From Rickettsiales bacterium (lineage in GTDB: Bacteria; Pseudomonadota; Alphaproteobacteria; Rs-D84), in contig JAISCX010000005.1 of the NCBI GenBank assembly GCA_031265235.1, positions 3,912 to 35,911 on the forward strand: DNA of 32,000 nucleotides. The letters run 5' to 3'. Shown piece by piece: positions 16,736 to 24,502 of the stretch (position 1 is the first letter of the stretch; each line of letters begins with the position of its first letter). The notes under the pieces are model-generated. The model was not told the DNA's origin. It saw only the letters and a program-made list of their open reading frames with translations, and did no database searches. The position numbers were made by a program, and so were the translations under genes.

Positions 16736-19162
16736 TCACTTATCCCTTATCTTCGCATTAAACTTACATTCCGTGTTCCTGATGATTTCATTTTGCAAAT
16801 CCAGCAAATCCGCATCGGTCATATTAGCGACAGGTTGCAATACTATTTCGAACGCCACAGATTTTTTTCCGTCGCCAAGATCGAACACATCAAATACATT
16901 TGTCTCATAGACGATTTCATTCGCGCCCAGAATCGCGGAAACAATATCCGATGGGTTGATACCGTTGTCCACGATAAACGCAAAATCGCGCGTGATCAGC
17001 GGAAATTCGGGAAAATCATTACGTGATGCGTGATGCGTGATGCGTGATGCGTGACACGCCGTATGTTCCTGCAAAATCTTTATATCGTCGACAATCCCCA
17101 GCACAACGTTCGTCTTGACACCGAAATGCTTTGCGATCAATGGATGCAGTTCGCCGAACTGCGCAGCAACCGTGCCGTTTTTAACTATGCGGCCCGCACG
17201 GTATGGATTCGCCCATTTTTGCGGCGCGGGATCGTTTTCAACATCGCCGCCGTCCAACAGATCCAACAGATCCCGGCGAACGTCGTAAATCTCTATCGCG
17301 CGGCCATGCTTTGCGCCCATGTTCGAACCCGCTATGCCGGTGCGCGCGATTATCAGCTGGTCATGCTGCTGGCCGGGCATATCCCCGTCAAACACGGTGC
17401 CCAATTCAAACAGATTCAGATTCGTCCGCCGAAACCGGTCGTTGAACGCGATCACGTCAAGCATGTTCTGGACCAGTCCGTTCCGCACAGTATTGAGATT
17501 CGCAACAATCGGATTCAAGACAGCGATATTCGGCCGGTCCGATAATAATTTCTCTTTCTCAGAATCGCCAAATCCGTATGTTATGGATTCATAAAGGCCC
17601 AGCGTGCATAAATACGTTTTCAAAGCATCGTTAATAGAATATATGACATCGGTATTATTTTTGCTCGCCACTAATTGCTCTTTGCTCTCTATCTTGTCAT
17701 ACCCATAAATCCGTATCAGGTCCGACACTATGTTTTCCGGTATCTCAACGTCCACGCGGGCGGGCGTGGGAATGATGGTCCATTCATCGCCGTCAATCTC
17801 AACACCGAATCCCAGATTTTCCAGAATTTCTTTCTGTTTTTCGGATGATAAATCAATTCCTGTTTTATGTTTGAACAATGCGGGCGTATACGGTATTCGC
17901 CGCGGGTCCAGAACTTTCAACCATTCAATCCGATCTGAATAATTTTCGGGATTTTCGCCCATGAATCTTAGTTTCGGATTTGTCTTGTCCCAGTCGCGGA
18001 AAGGGACGGCCACGTCACCGCCGCATGCGTCTGTTATGATTTTTGCGGACTGCATTATGCCATGGAACGTTATCGTGGGATCAATTCCGCGTTCATAACG
18101 ATACGACGAATCGGTGGAAAGGCCCAGGCGCTTCGCTGTCTTGCGAATTCCGACGGGTTCGAAATATGCCGATTCCAAAATGATATTTTTTGTATCATCT
18201 GTCGTCATGCCGCGCCCCCCCCCGACAATCCCAGCCAGCGCAAGGATCCCGTCCGAATCTGCGATAACAAGATCGGTCGCGGCCAATTCATGTTCCGCGC
18301 CAAATAGGTCCGTGAATTTTTCGCCAGGTTTTGCATTCCTGATAATTATGTCACCGTTCACCTGATCGGCGTCAAAGCAGTGCATAGGCTGGCCAATGTC
18401 ATAACAAACATAATTTGTCGCATCAATCGCCGCATTTTTGGGATTGATTCCGATCGCCGCCAACCGGTTCGCGATGCGGGGCGATGACGGCGAGATTTTT
18501 ATATCGTTAATTTCGCAGAAATAATATACGGGACATGCGGCATAGTTTTCAATGCGGGCGTTACGCGCACTGTCTTTGAATTCGCCGACATAATTGTCGT
18601 ACTTGTGTATGAATTTTCCCATGCCCGCCGCCGCAAGATCATGGGAGATGCCGCACACAGCCAAATAATCCGGACGGTTTGGGGTTATGCCTGCTTCAAA
18701 AGTCGTGATTTGCGATTTGTGATTTGTGATTTGTAATATCGGCTGACCGACAGTTTCGGATTTCTCATCCAATTCTATTATGCCGTCATGATCATCGCTG
18801 ATGCCCAGTTCTTTCGCGCTGCACATCATGCCGTTTGATTCAAACCCGCGGATTTTTCCGGCCTTGATTTCTATGCCGCCGATTTTACAGCCGGGCAGGG
18901 CGAGCGCAGATACCAATCCGACGCGGACATTCGGCGCGCCGCAGACAACATTGCGCGGCGTGCCCGCGCCATCGTCAACCAATAGCTTGTGCAGATGCGT
19001 ACCCGGAATATCTTCGCATTCCAGAATTCGCGCGGCAATCGGCGCCGGCGCGGTTACTATATCATCAACCTCTAACCCTATGCGCGTCAGGGCGGCGGCG
19101 ATATCCATTGGTGCCGCATCCGTATCCAGATAGTCTTTCAGCCAGTCGTATGTGAATTTCAT
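16736..19162 (-). CDS. pheT: phenylalanine--tRNA ligase beta subunit (carries two repeat arrays)
   Basis: 808 aa with MKFTYDWLKDYL, the tRNA-binding OB domain (VCGAPNVRVG), ITPNRPDY, the B5 domain and the C-terminal FDX-ACB domain (FPLITRDFAFIV). Confidence 0.95.
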   Translation of the reverse strand: MKFTYDWLKDYLDTDAAPMDIAAALTRIGLEVDDIVTAPAPIAARILECEDIPGTHLHKLLVDDGAGTPRNVVCGAPNVRVGLVSALALPGCKIGGIEIKAGKIRGFESNGMMCSAKELGISDDHDGIIELDEKSETVGQPILQITNHKSQITTFEAGITPNRPDYLAVCGISHDLAAAGMGKFIHKYDNYVGEFKDSARNARIENYAACPVYYFCEINDIKISPSSPRIANRLAAIGINPKNAAIDATNYVCYDIGQPMHCFDADQVNGDIIIRNAKPGEKFTDLFGAEHELAATDLVIADSDGILALAGIVGGGRGMTTDDTKNIILESAYFEPVGIRKTAKRLGLSTDSSYRYERGIDPTITFHGIMQSAKIITDACGGDVAVPFRDWDKTNPKLRFMGENPENYSDRIEWLKVLDPRRIPYTPALFKHKTGIDLSSEKQKEILENLGFGVEIDGDEWTIIPTPARVDVEIPENIVSDLIRIYGYDKIESKEQLVASKNNTDVIYSINDALKTYLCTLGLYESITYGFGDSEKEKLLSDRPNIAVLNPIVANLNTVRNGLVQNMLDVIAFNDRFRRTNLNLFELGTVFDGDMPGQQHDQLIIARTGIAGSNMGAKHGRAIEIYDVRRDLLDLLDGGDVENDPAPQKWANPYRAGRIVKNGTVAAQFGELHPLIAKHFGVKTNVVLGIVDDIKILQEHTACHASRITHHASRNDFPEFPLITRDFAFIVDNGINPSDIVSAILGANEIVYETNVFDVFDLGDGKKSVAFEIVLQPVANMTDADLLDLQNEIIRNTECKFNAKIRDK
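17022..17056 (-). repeat. heptamer array (GTGATGC x4 plus GTGACAC on +) inside pheT
   Basis: Four perfect copies plus one variant. The sense strand (GCATCAC) encodes HASRITHHASR. Confidence 0.85.
18705..18737 (-). repeat. heptamer array (GTGATTT GCGATTT GTGATTT GTGATTT GTAAT on +) inside pheT
   Basis: Tandem repeat. The sense strand (AAATCAC) encodes LQITNHKSQITT. Confidence 0.85.
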
Positions 19163-19193
19163 ATTTGCCCACCTCGTTCATAGTGATAATTGA

Positions 19194-20174
19194 TTAAAAC
19201 CCATTCGCGCGCAGCCATCTTGCGTCGCCTTCGGAAAGTTTCCGCCCGTCGGAAAACCCATATTTAAGCATGGCCAAACGGTCCCAGCCGAATCCAAATG
19301 CAAAGCCTTGGTATTCGTTCGGATCGACGCCGACATTGCGCAGAACATTCGGATGCACCATGCCGCCCGGGACCAGTTCCAGCCAGTCGGCGCCACACCC
19401 TATGGCACCAGTTTTCCGATCCCATTGCACATCGATTTCAACAGACGGCTCTGTAAACGGGAAATACGACGGCCGTATGCGCAGCGGAACATCGTCCGTT
19501 TCAAAAAACCTTTGCAGTATCGTTTTTAGTTCGGAAATAAAGTCTGACAGGGTTACGTTTTTTCCTATGCACAGGCCCTCTATCTGATGGAACGACGGAA
19601 AGTGCGTCGCGTCGAATTCGCGGCGGTAAACCGTGCCGGGACAGAATATCTTGATCGGAACGCCTTCTTTTTCCATGGATCTGATCTGCACAGCGGACGT
19701 ATGGCTGCGAAGCAGGTTTCCCCCCTGGACAAAGAACGTGTCCTGCATATCGCGGGCCGGATGGTGCGGCGCTGTATTCAGCGCGGTAAAGTTATGCCAA
19801 TCGTCCTCTATTTCAGGACCGATACGCATTCCGTATCCCATACCGGACAAAATAGTCGAAATTTCCATCAAAGACTGGGTCAGCGGGTGAATGCGCCCGT
19901 CATCGGAATCTTTTGGCGTATCAAACGATGCGGCCGCATCCAGCCGCTTTGATTCCAACCCCGCCATTATCACCGCGTGTTCCAGTTCCAACTCGCGCGC
20001 CTTGAACGCATCACGAAGTGCGGCCGCGTCACTGTTAAGCGCCACGCGCGCGTCATTGTCCAGATTTTTCATATCTTTCAGGCGTATGGTCATGGTGCCG
20101 TTTTTTCCGAATGTACCGGAATACAGCGCCTGCAATTCTTCCAATGAATTTATTTTTGTGATTTGTTCCAGCAT
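19194..20174 (-). CDS. pheS: phenylalanine--tRNA ligase alpha subunit
   Basis: It has class II motifs (RSHTSAVQIR, FRRDxD-like YRREFDATH, GFAFGFGWDRLAM). I prefer the ATG at 20174 (MLEQITKINSLEEL). The track extension to 20252 runs through the rplT terminator. Confidence 0.92.
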   Translation of the reverse strand: MLEQITKINSLEELQALYSGTFGKNGTMTIRLKDMKNLDNDARVALNSDAAALRDAFKARELELEHAVIMAGLESKRLDAAASFDTPKDSDDGRIHPLTQSLMEISTILSGMGYGMRIGPEIEDDWHNFTALNTAPHHPARDMQDTFFVQGGNLLRSHTSAVQIRSMEKEGVPIKIFCPGTVYRREFDATHFPSFHQIEGLCIGKNVTLSDFISELKTILQRFFETDDVPLRIRPSYFPFTEPSVEIDVQWDRKTGAIGCGADWLELVPGGMVHPNVLRNVGVDPNEYQGFAFGFGWDRLAMLKYGFSDGRKLSEGDARWLRANGF

Positions 20175-20190
20175 TTTTCGTGTCCGTTTT

Positions 20191-20222
20191 ATAAAAAATA
20201 AAAACCGCCATGCGGCGGTTTT
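20191..20222 (-). terminator. rho-independent terminator/attenuator between rplT and pheS
   Basis: The minus strand reads AAAACCGCC-GCAT-GGCGGTTTT followed by TATTTTTT, and it ends ~17 nt before the pheS ATG. Confidence 0.6.
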
Positions 20223-20256
20223 ATTGTTGCACATTACGCAAAATATCGCCACCGAA

Positions 20257-20625
20257 TTATTTTTTATCAGCTGTGATAAATCGCTTTGCAGATTCGATCA
20301 GTTTTTCAAAGTTCGCGTCGTTCGCATACGCCATTTCTGCCAGAACTTTGCGATCCAGTTCAATTCCCGCCTTTTTCAGGCCATTCATGAATTGGCTGTA
20401 TGTCAAGCCCGCGCTGCGCACGGCGGCATTGATGCGCACAATCCAAAGGCTGCGGAATTCGCGTTTCTTTACGCGTCTGTCGCGGTATGCGTACTGTCCC
20501 GCTTTTTCTGTTTTTTCCCGCGCCGCGCGATATGTCGAATGATGACGGCCCAGATAACCCTTGGCCCGCCCAAGTATTTTATTATGTTTTTGTTTGACGG
20601 TGGTTCCCCGTTTTACACGTGCCAT
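20257..20625 (-). CDS. rplT: 50S ribosomal protein L20
   Basis: [18 protein letters not shown]...[18 protein letters not shown] is a canonical L20 sequence. Confidence 0.95.
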   Translation of the reverse strand: MARVKRGTTVKQKHNKILGRAKGYLGRHHSTYRAAREKTEKAGQYAYRDRRVKKREFRSLWIVRINAAVRSAGLTYSQFMNGLKKAGIELDRKVLAEMAYANDANFEKLIESAKRFITADKK

Positions 20626-20637
20626 TTTGCGCTCCTA

Positions 20638-20844
20638 TTATTTCTTTAATCCATACGGCGCCATCAATTTAATCTGGTCCGTGTGGGTTTCGCTCATATA
20701 AGATACCTTGCGGCCCTTGACGTTGGCCCGCTTGGTCTTTTTGCGCAAAAAGTGGTTGTGTCCGGAAGAGCCGGTCTTGATCTTGCCGGTCGCAGTCATT
20801 GAAAAACGCTTTTTCACACTGCTGTTGGTTTTTAATTTTGGCAT
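20638..20844 (-). CDS. rpmI: 50S ribosomal protein L35
   Basis: MPKLKTNSSVKKRFSMTATGKIK...HNHFLRKKTKR is a canonical L35 sequence. The AAGGAG RBS lies at 20851-20856. Confidence 0.93.
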   Translation of the reverse strand: MPKLKTNSSVKKRFSMTATGKIKTGSSGHNHFLRKKTKRANVKGRKVSYMSETHTDQIKLMAPYGLKK

Positions 20845-20866
20845 TAGTTGCTCCTTTGCAGTCGCT

Positions 20867-20938
20867 GTGATTTGTTATTTGTGACCTGTGATTTGTGGTT
20901 CGCGAAATTCAGGTCACAAATCACAAATTACCAATCAC
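20867..20938. repeat. inverted heptamer arrays in the rpmI upstream leader
   Basis: The left arm is GTGATTT GTTATTT GTGACCT GTGATTT GTGG. The spacer is TTCGCGAAATTC. The right arm is AGGTCAC AAATCAC AAATTAC CAATCAC. The arms are mutually complementary in several registers. Confidence 0.85.
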
Positions 20939-21125
20939 TCTTTTACCCTTGCGGCTGCCTTGGCCGGTTCAGGCAGGGCGTATTATGGCATGAAATTTTA
21001 AGAAATCAAGGAAATTTAGATGTCATGATGAAAAAATTAATCGATTTGCGGCGGGATATCCAAGATTTTATTGCAAACCGAATATTATTGTTATATAACT
21101 ATCCCTATCAAAAACGGGGACAAAA

Positions 21126-21977
21126 ATGGCCGGCAAATCAGCAAGCTCTAAAATATCGTCGCGAACAAGGGAAATGGCAAAAGCGGGCATTGCCGCCTGT
21201 CTTCTTCCTATTTTTTTTCTATATATGCTTCTTGACAAGCCCGATTACAAAATCATGAACGCATTTTCCGGAATAATCGTTCCCGTCGCGCATACCATAG
21301 GCGACGGGGTGTCCTGGCCGGTCCGCGCAATCGGACGGCTTGCGGGAAATGCCCGCGATCATGCGCGGGCCCTGGACGAAAACAAACGGCTGCGCGCGCA
21401 GCTGGACGCGGCATTAAGCTTGCAGAACGAATGCGCGGTGATGTTCGCGGAAAACCAGCGCATGGAACGCCTGCTGGACATGGCGAAATACGCCCCGGCG
21501 CATGCGATCGTCGCGCGCGTCATCCATGAAAACGCCGCCTTTCGGCACAACACCATTATTCTGGACAAAGGGGAAACCGCAGGAATACGCACGGGCCAGA
21601 CCGTATTAAGCCCGGACGGATATCTGGTCGGAATTGTAATCGACGCGAACCCCTTGCAGGCGCGCGTCCGAACATTGGAAGACGTTAAGTCAAACATATC
21701 CGCGCGCGTCGCGGGATCCAACGTATTCGGATTCCTAAAAGGCATGGGCAACGGCGATCCAATATTTGAATTTTTCAGCGACCAGGAATTCAAGCCGTCC
21801 CGCGGCATCCGTTTGATCACCAGTGGAATAAAGGGAAACCTGCCGAACAACATCCCTATCGGCATCGTAGAGGAAGACGGGACCAGCTCTGCGCGCGTTC
21901 GCCTTGGCGCGGCCAGCGGCAGCGTGCACGACGTCATGGTGCTGGAATTCAACGGCAAGGAAGGATATAAACAGTGA
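21126..21977 (+). CDS. mreC: rod shape-determining protein MreC
   Basis: 283 aa with an N-terminal membrane anchor, a coiled-coil segment (NKRLRAQLDAALSLQNE) and a beta-rich C-terminus (GYLVGIVIDANPLQARVRTLED...ITSGIKGNLPNNIPIG). It sits ahead of mreD-mrdA-rodA. Confidence 0.85.
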   Translation: MAGKSASSKISSRTREMAKAGIAACLLPIFFLYMLLDKPDYKIMNAFSGIIVPVAHTIGDGVSWPVRAIGRLAGNARDHARALDENKRLRAQLDAALSLQNECAVMFAENQRMERLLDMAKYAPAHAIVARVIHENAAFRHNTIILDKGETAGIRTGQTVLSPDGYLVGIVIDANPLQARVRTLEDVKSNISARVAGSNVFGFLKGMGNGDPIFEFFSDQEFKPSRGIRLITSGIKGNLPNNIPIGIVEEDGTSSARVRLGAASGSVHDVMVLEFNGKEGYKQ

Positions 21978-22037
21978 TTTGTGACCTGTGATTTGTAATC
22001 TGTCCGTTCAAATCACAAATCACAAATCACAAATCAC
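21974..22037. repeat. inverted heptamer arrays filling the mreC-mreD gap
   Basis: The left arm is GTGATTT GTGACCT GTGATTT GTAATCT and the right arm is four perfect AAATCAC units. The mreC TGA stop (21975-21977) lies inside the first unit. A 20-nt core (ATTTGTGACCTGTGATTTGT) is identical to 20877-20896. Confidence 0.9.
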
Positions 22038-22042
22038 TTAAA

Positions 22043-22519
22043 ATGCATTCATTAAAACGCATCTTTATCGTAATTTTTCCCTTTGCCATAACACTGTTGT
22101 TATGGCGGCTTTCTATTCCCGTATGGAACCCTTGCGGGATTTTGGCGGCAATTCCGATTTTTTATTATTCGTTTATTTCAGAGCGGCCCGGTTTTTTGCC
22201 CATGGCGATCCTGGGGTGTCTTTTGCTGGACTATAACTTTGACCTGATGCTTTTCTGGACATCAATGTTCTGCATAGCATACGCGGCGAACTATATGCAG
22301 ACCCTGATGCGGGCGGCGACACTTCAAGCGGCGGGGTTCTGGACATTTTCGTCCCTTATCGGAATATGCCTTGCAATCCTTGGAATTCACGCGTTTTTTT
22401 CAACATGGTCCGCCGCCGCAATATTGCAGGCGATATGGATGTTCGTATTAACAACCGCGGGATATGTCGCGTGGGTGAAAATAGGGAGAGTTTGCGGCCA
22501 GCAGTTGACCGCAAGCTAA
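22043..22519 (+). CDS. mreD: rod shape-determining protein MreD (assigned by position and hydrophobicity)
   Basis: 158-aa polytopic membrane protein between mreC and mrdA. The sequence alone is not diagnostic. Confidence 0.6.
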   Translation: MHSLKRIFIVIFPFAITLLLWRLSIPVWNPCGILAAIPIFYYSFISERPGFLPMAILGCLLLDYNFDLMLFWTSMFCIAYAANYMQTLMRAATLQAAGFWTFSSLIGICLAILGIHAFFSTWSAAAILQAIWMFVLTTAGYVAWVKIGRVCGQQLTAS

Positions 22520-22524
22520 GCTTA

Positions 22525-24315
22525 ATGCTGGACAAGCAAATCGCGCAAACTTTTGACCGCAGAGCCGCGCTGTTTATAACCGGCATGGCCGTGCTGACAA
22601 GCATGCTGGTGCTGCGCATGCTGCAAATGCAGGTGTTCCAGCATGGCAAGTACAAGAAGCTGTCCGAAAACAATGCGACCCGCATTCGCGTCAATCTTCC
22701 AGAGCGCGGCAAAATACTGTCCGCGGAAGGCAGCGCGCTGGCCCGGGATGAAAACGTTTACAGAATTTACGTAATACCGTCCGAAGCGGAAGATCTGGAC
22801 GCGCTTATCGACGCATGCCGTCACGAATTGTCATTAAAGCCAAACGATTTGGATCGCATAGATAAAAAAATTAAAAAACAGCGCCCCTTTCAACCGGTGA
22901 TAATAAAGGAAAGCGCAAACTGGCAACAACTGGCGCGGCTTCACGCCATCGGTTTGTCGGGGCTGCATATAGAATCCGGATTTTCAAGAAGATATCCCGG
23001 AAAAAGCCTGGCTTCGCACGTCATCGGATATGTCGGCGGACTTGAACTGACAAAGCCTAATTCCCGCATGCTGGATACCAGCCCGTTTTTAATGACCGGG
23101 ATGAGCGGACTTGAAAAGCAATATAACACGGAATTGGCGGGTGCGCCCGGGCAAAGCGTAATCCAGATTGACGCCGCCGGAAAAATTATCGGGCCCGACG
23201 CATCGCGCGAAGTTCCGGCGGAAGACGGGCGAACAATAAAGACAACTATCCGCGAATCCGTCCAAAAGAAACTTGAAGCCGGGTTAGAGCCGCACAAGGC
23301 CGCCGCCGGCGTCGCGATTGAAATAGCGACCGGAAACATAATCGCGATGGCGTCCGCCCCCGGCTTTAATCCCGATTCCTTTCGCAGCGACATCGGCGCG
23401 GACATTATGGAAAACCTTCGCAAAAATCCGATGAAGCCATTTATGAACAAAGCGATCGAAGGATTGTATCCGCCGGGATCCACTTTTAAAATCGTCGTTG
23501 CGCTGGCGGCTTTGGAATCCGGCGCGATAACGCCGTCCGAAAAAATATACTGTCCGGGACATTGGGAATATGGAAAACACCTTTATCATTGCTGGGAAAA
23601 AAGGGGGCACGGCTGGGTTGACTTAGAGGGCGCGATGGCGCATTCGTGCGACACTTATTTCTATCAGATCGCGCTGCGCATCGGGATAGACGCGATCAAG
23701 AACATGGCTTTGCGGCTCGGACTTGCCCAGAAACTGTTAAACGAACTGCCGCGCGAAAGCCCGGGCGTGATTCCGGACAGAACCTGGAAGGAAAAAAATG
23801 TCGGCGTTCGCTGGCAGCATGGCGACACGATCATATCCGGCATAGGCCAGGGATTCATACTTTCAAACTGTCTGCAATTGTGCGTGATGACGGCGCGCGC
23901 GGTTTCCAACAAGATCGTGATGCCCAGACTGGTTGTGGACGAGATGCGAGATCAGGAATTTGAATCGCTGGGTCTTCAAGAAAAAAATATCAAAATCATA
24001 ATTTCCGGGATGGAAAACGTTTTAAAAGAAGGCGGCACGGCGGCCGGATACGCAATAAATGTCAAAGGCATGAAAATGGGCGGCAAGACGGGAACTTCCC
24101 AGGTTCGCAGAATTTCGGAAGACGAGCGCGCGAAAGGCGTCCGATCCAACGAGCAGCTGCCGCGGCATCTGCGCAACCACGGCTTGTTTATCGGATTCGC
24201 GCCGACCGACAGGCCAAGATACGCCATCGCGACGATTGCAGAGCATGCCGGCGGCAGCAGCCCCGCCGCCAAGGTCGCGGCGGACACAATGCGGGAAATA
24301 TTAAAAAATCAGTAA
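22525..24315 (+). CDS. mrdA: penicillin-binding protein 2 (elongasome transpeptidase)
   Basis: It has an N-terminal TM helix, then GxxLA...N, the transpeptidase motifs STFK and KTGTSQV, and GFAPTDRPRYA. I prefer the ATG at 22525, just after the mreD stop. The track start at 22366 overlaps mreD. Confidence 0.9.
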   Translation: MLDKQIAQTFDRRAALFITGMAVLTSMLVLRMLQMQVFQHGKYKKLSENNATRIRVNLPERGKILSAEGSALARDENVYRIYVIPSEAEDLDALIDACRHELSLKPNDLDRIDKKIKKQRPFQPVIIKESANWQQLARLHAIGLSGLHIESGFSRRYPGKSLASHVIGYVGGLELTKPNSRMLDTSPFLMTGMSGLEKQYNTELAGAPGQSVIQIDAAGKIIGPDASREVPAEDGRTIKTTIRESVQKKLEAGLEPHKAAAGVAIEIATGNIIAMASAPGFNPDSFRSDIGADIMENLRKNPMKPFMNKAIEGLYPPGSTFKIVVALAALESGAITPSEKIYCPGHWEYGKHLYHCWEKRGHGWVDLEGAMAHSCDTYFYQIALRIGIDAIKNMALRLGLAQKLLNELPRESPGVIPDRTWKEKNVGVRWQHGDTIISGIGQGFILSNCLQLCVMTARAVSNKIVMPRLVVDEMRDQEFESLGLQEKNIKIIISGMENVLKEGGTAAGYAINVKGMKMGGKTGTSQVRRISEDERAKGVRSNEQLPRHLRNHGLFIGFAPTDRPRYAIATIAEHAGGSSPAAKVAADTMREILKNQ

Positions 24316-24322
24316 AGCTGAT

Positions 24323-24487
24323 TTTTTAGTGAAAGAAGTGAAACCGCAAAATCGCACAGCGATTTTGCTAAGTGAAAATAGTTAAAATGTGTCACGCAAA
24401 GCGCGACAACCACAACTTTTTTCACTTCTTTCACTGTTAAAATATGCAAAGCATATTTTAACTATTTCACTTTTTTCACTAAAAATT
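24323..24487. repeat. structured spacer built from GTGAAA-type repeats and nested hairpins (mrdA-rodA intergenic)
   Basis: TTTTTAGTGAAAGAAGTGAAA (24323-24343) pairs with TTTTCACTTCTTTCACT (24418-24434), and its start pairs with TTTCACTAAAAA (24474-24485). AGTGAAAATAGTTAAAAT (24371-24388) pairs with ATTTTAACTATTTCACT (24455-24471). There are two perfect hairpins: GCAAAATCGC-ACA-GCGATTTTGC (24346-24368) and GTTAAAATATGC-AAA-GCATATTTTAAC (24435-24461). Confidence 0.85.
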
Positions 24488-24502
24488 ACGGAGTAATTTT
24501 TC

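Noticed and set aside
20175-20252. A Phe-rich N-terminal extension of pheS (..AAWRFLFFIKRTRK..) as a pheM-like attenuation leader peptide.
   Set aside because: It is in frame with and contiguous to pheS, not a separate short ORF. The Phe codons are simply the T-run of the rplT terminator hairpin.
20848-21258. 136-aa + strand ORF running through the heptamer element into mreC.
   Set aside because: It starts inside the rpmI RBS region and translates repeat DNA (CDLLFVTCDLWF, ITNYQSL). It overlaps the well-supported mreC start in another frame.
22366-22524. Track start of mrdA at 22366, overlapping mreD by 154 nt. The same question applies to topA at 25486 (overlapping rodA) and the UDG gene at 5817 (overlapping pal).
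   Set aside because: The extensions have no PBP2, TopA or UDG character. Canonical N-termini begin at the internal ATGs at 22525, 25705 and 5895, which directly follow the upstream stops or RBS-like purine runs.
20867-24487. Whether the repeat arrays could be CRISPR arrays.
   Set aside because: The units are 6-8 nt and directly abutting, with no 25-40-nt spacers. The arrays are short and often inverted. No cas genes are present in the window.
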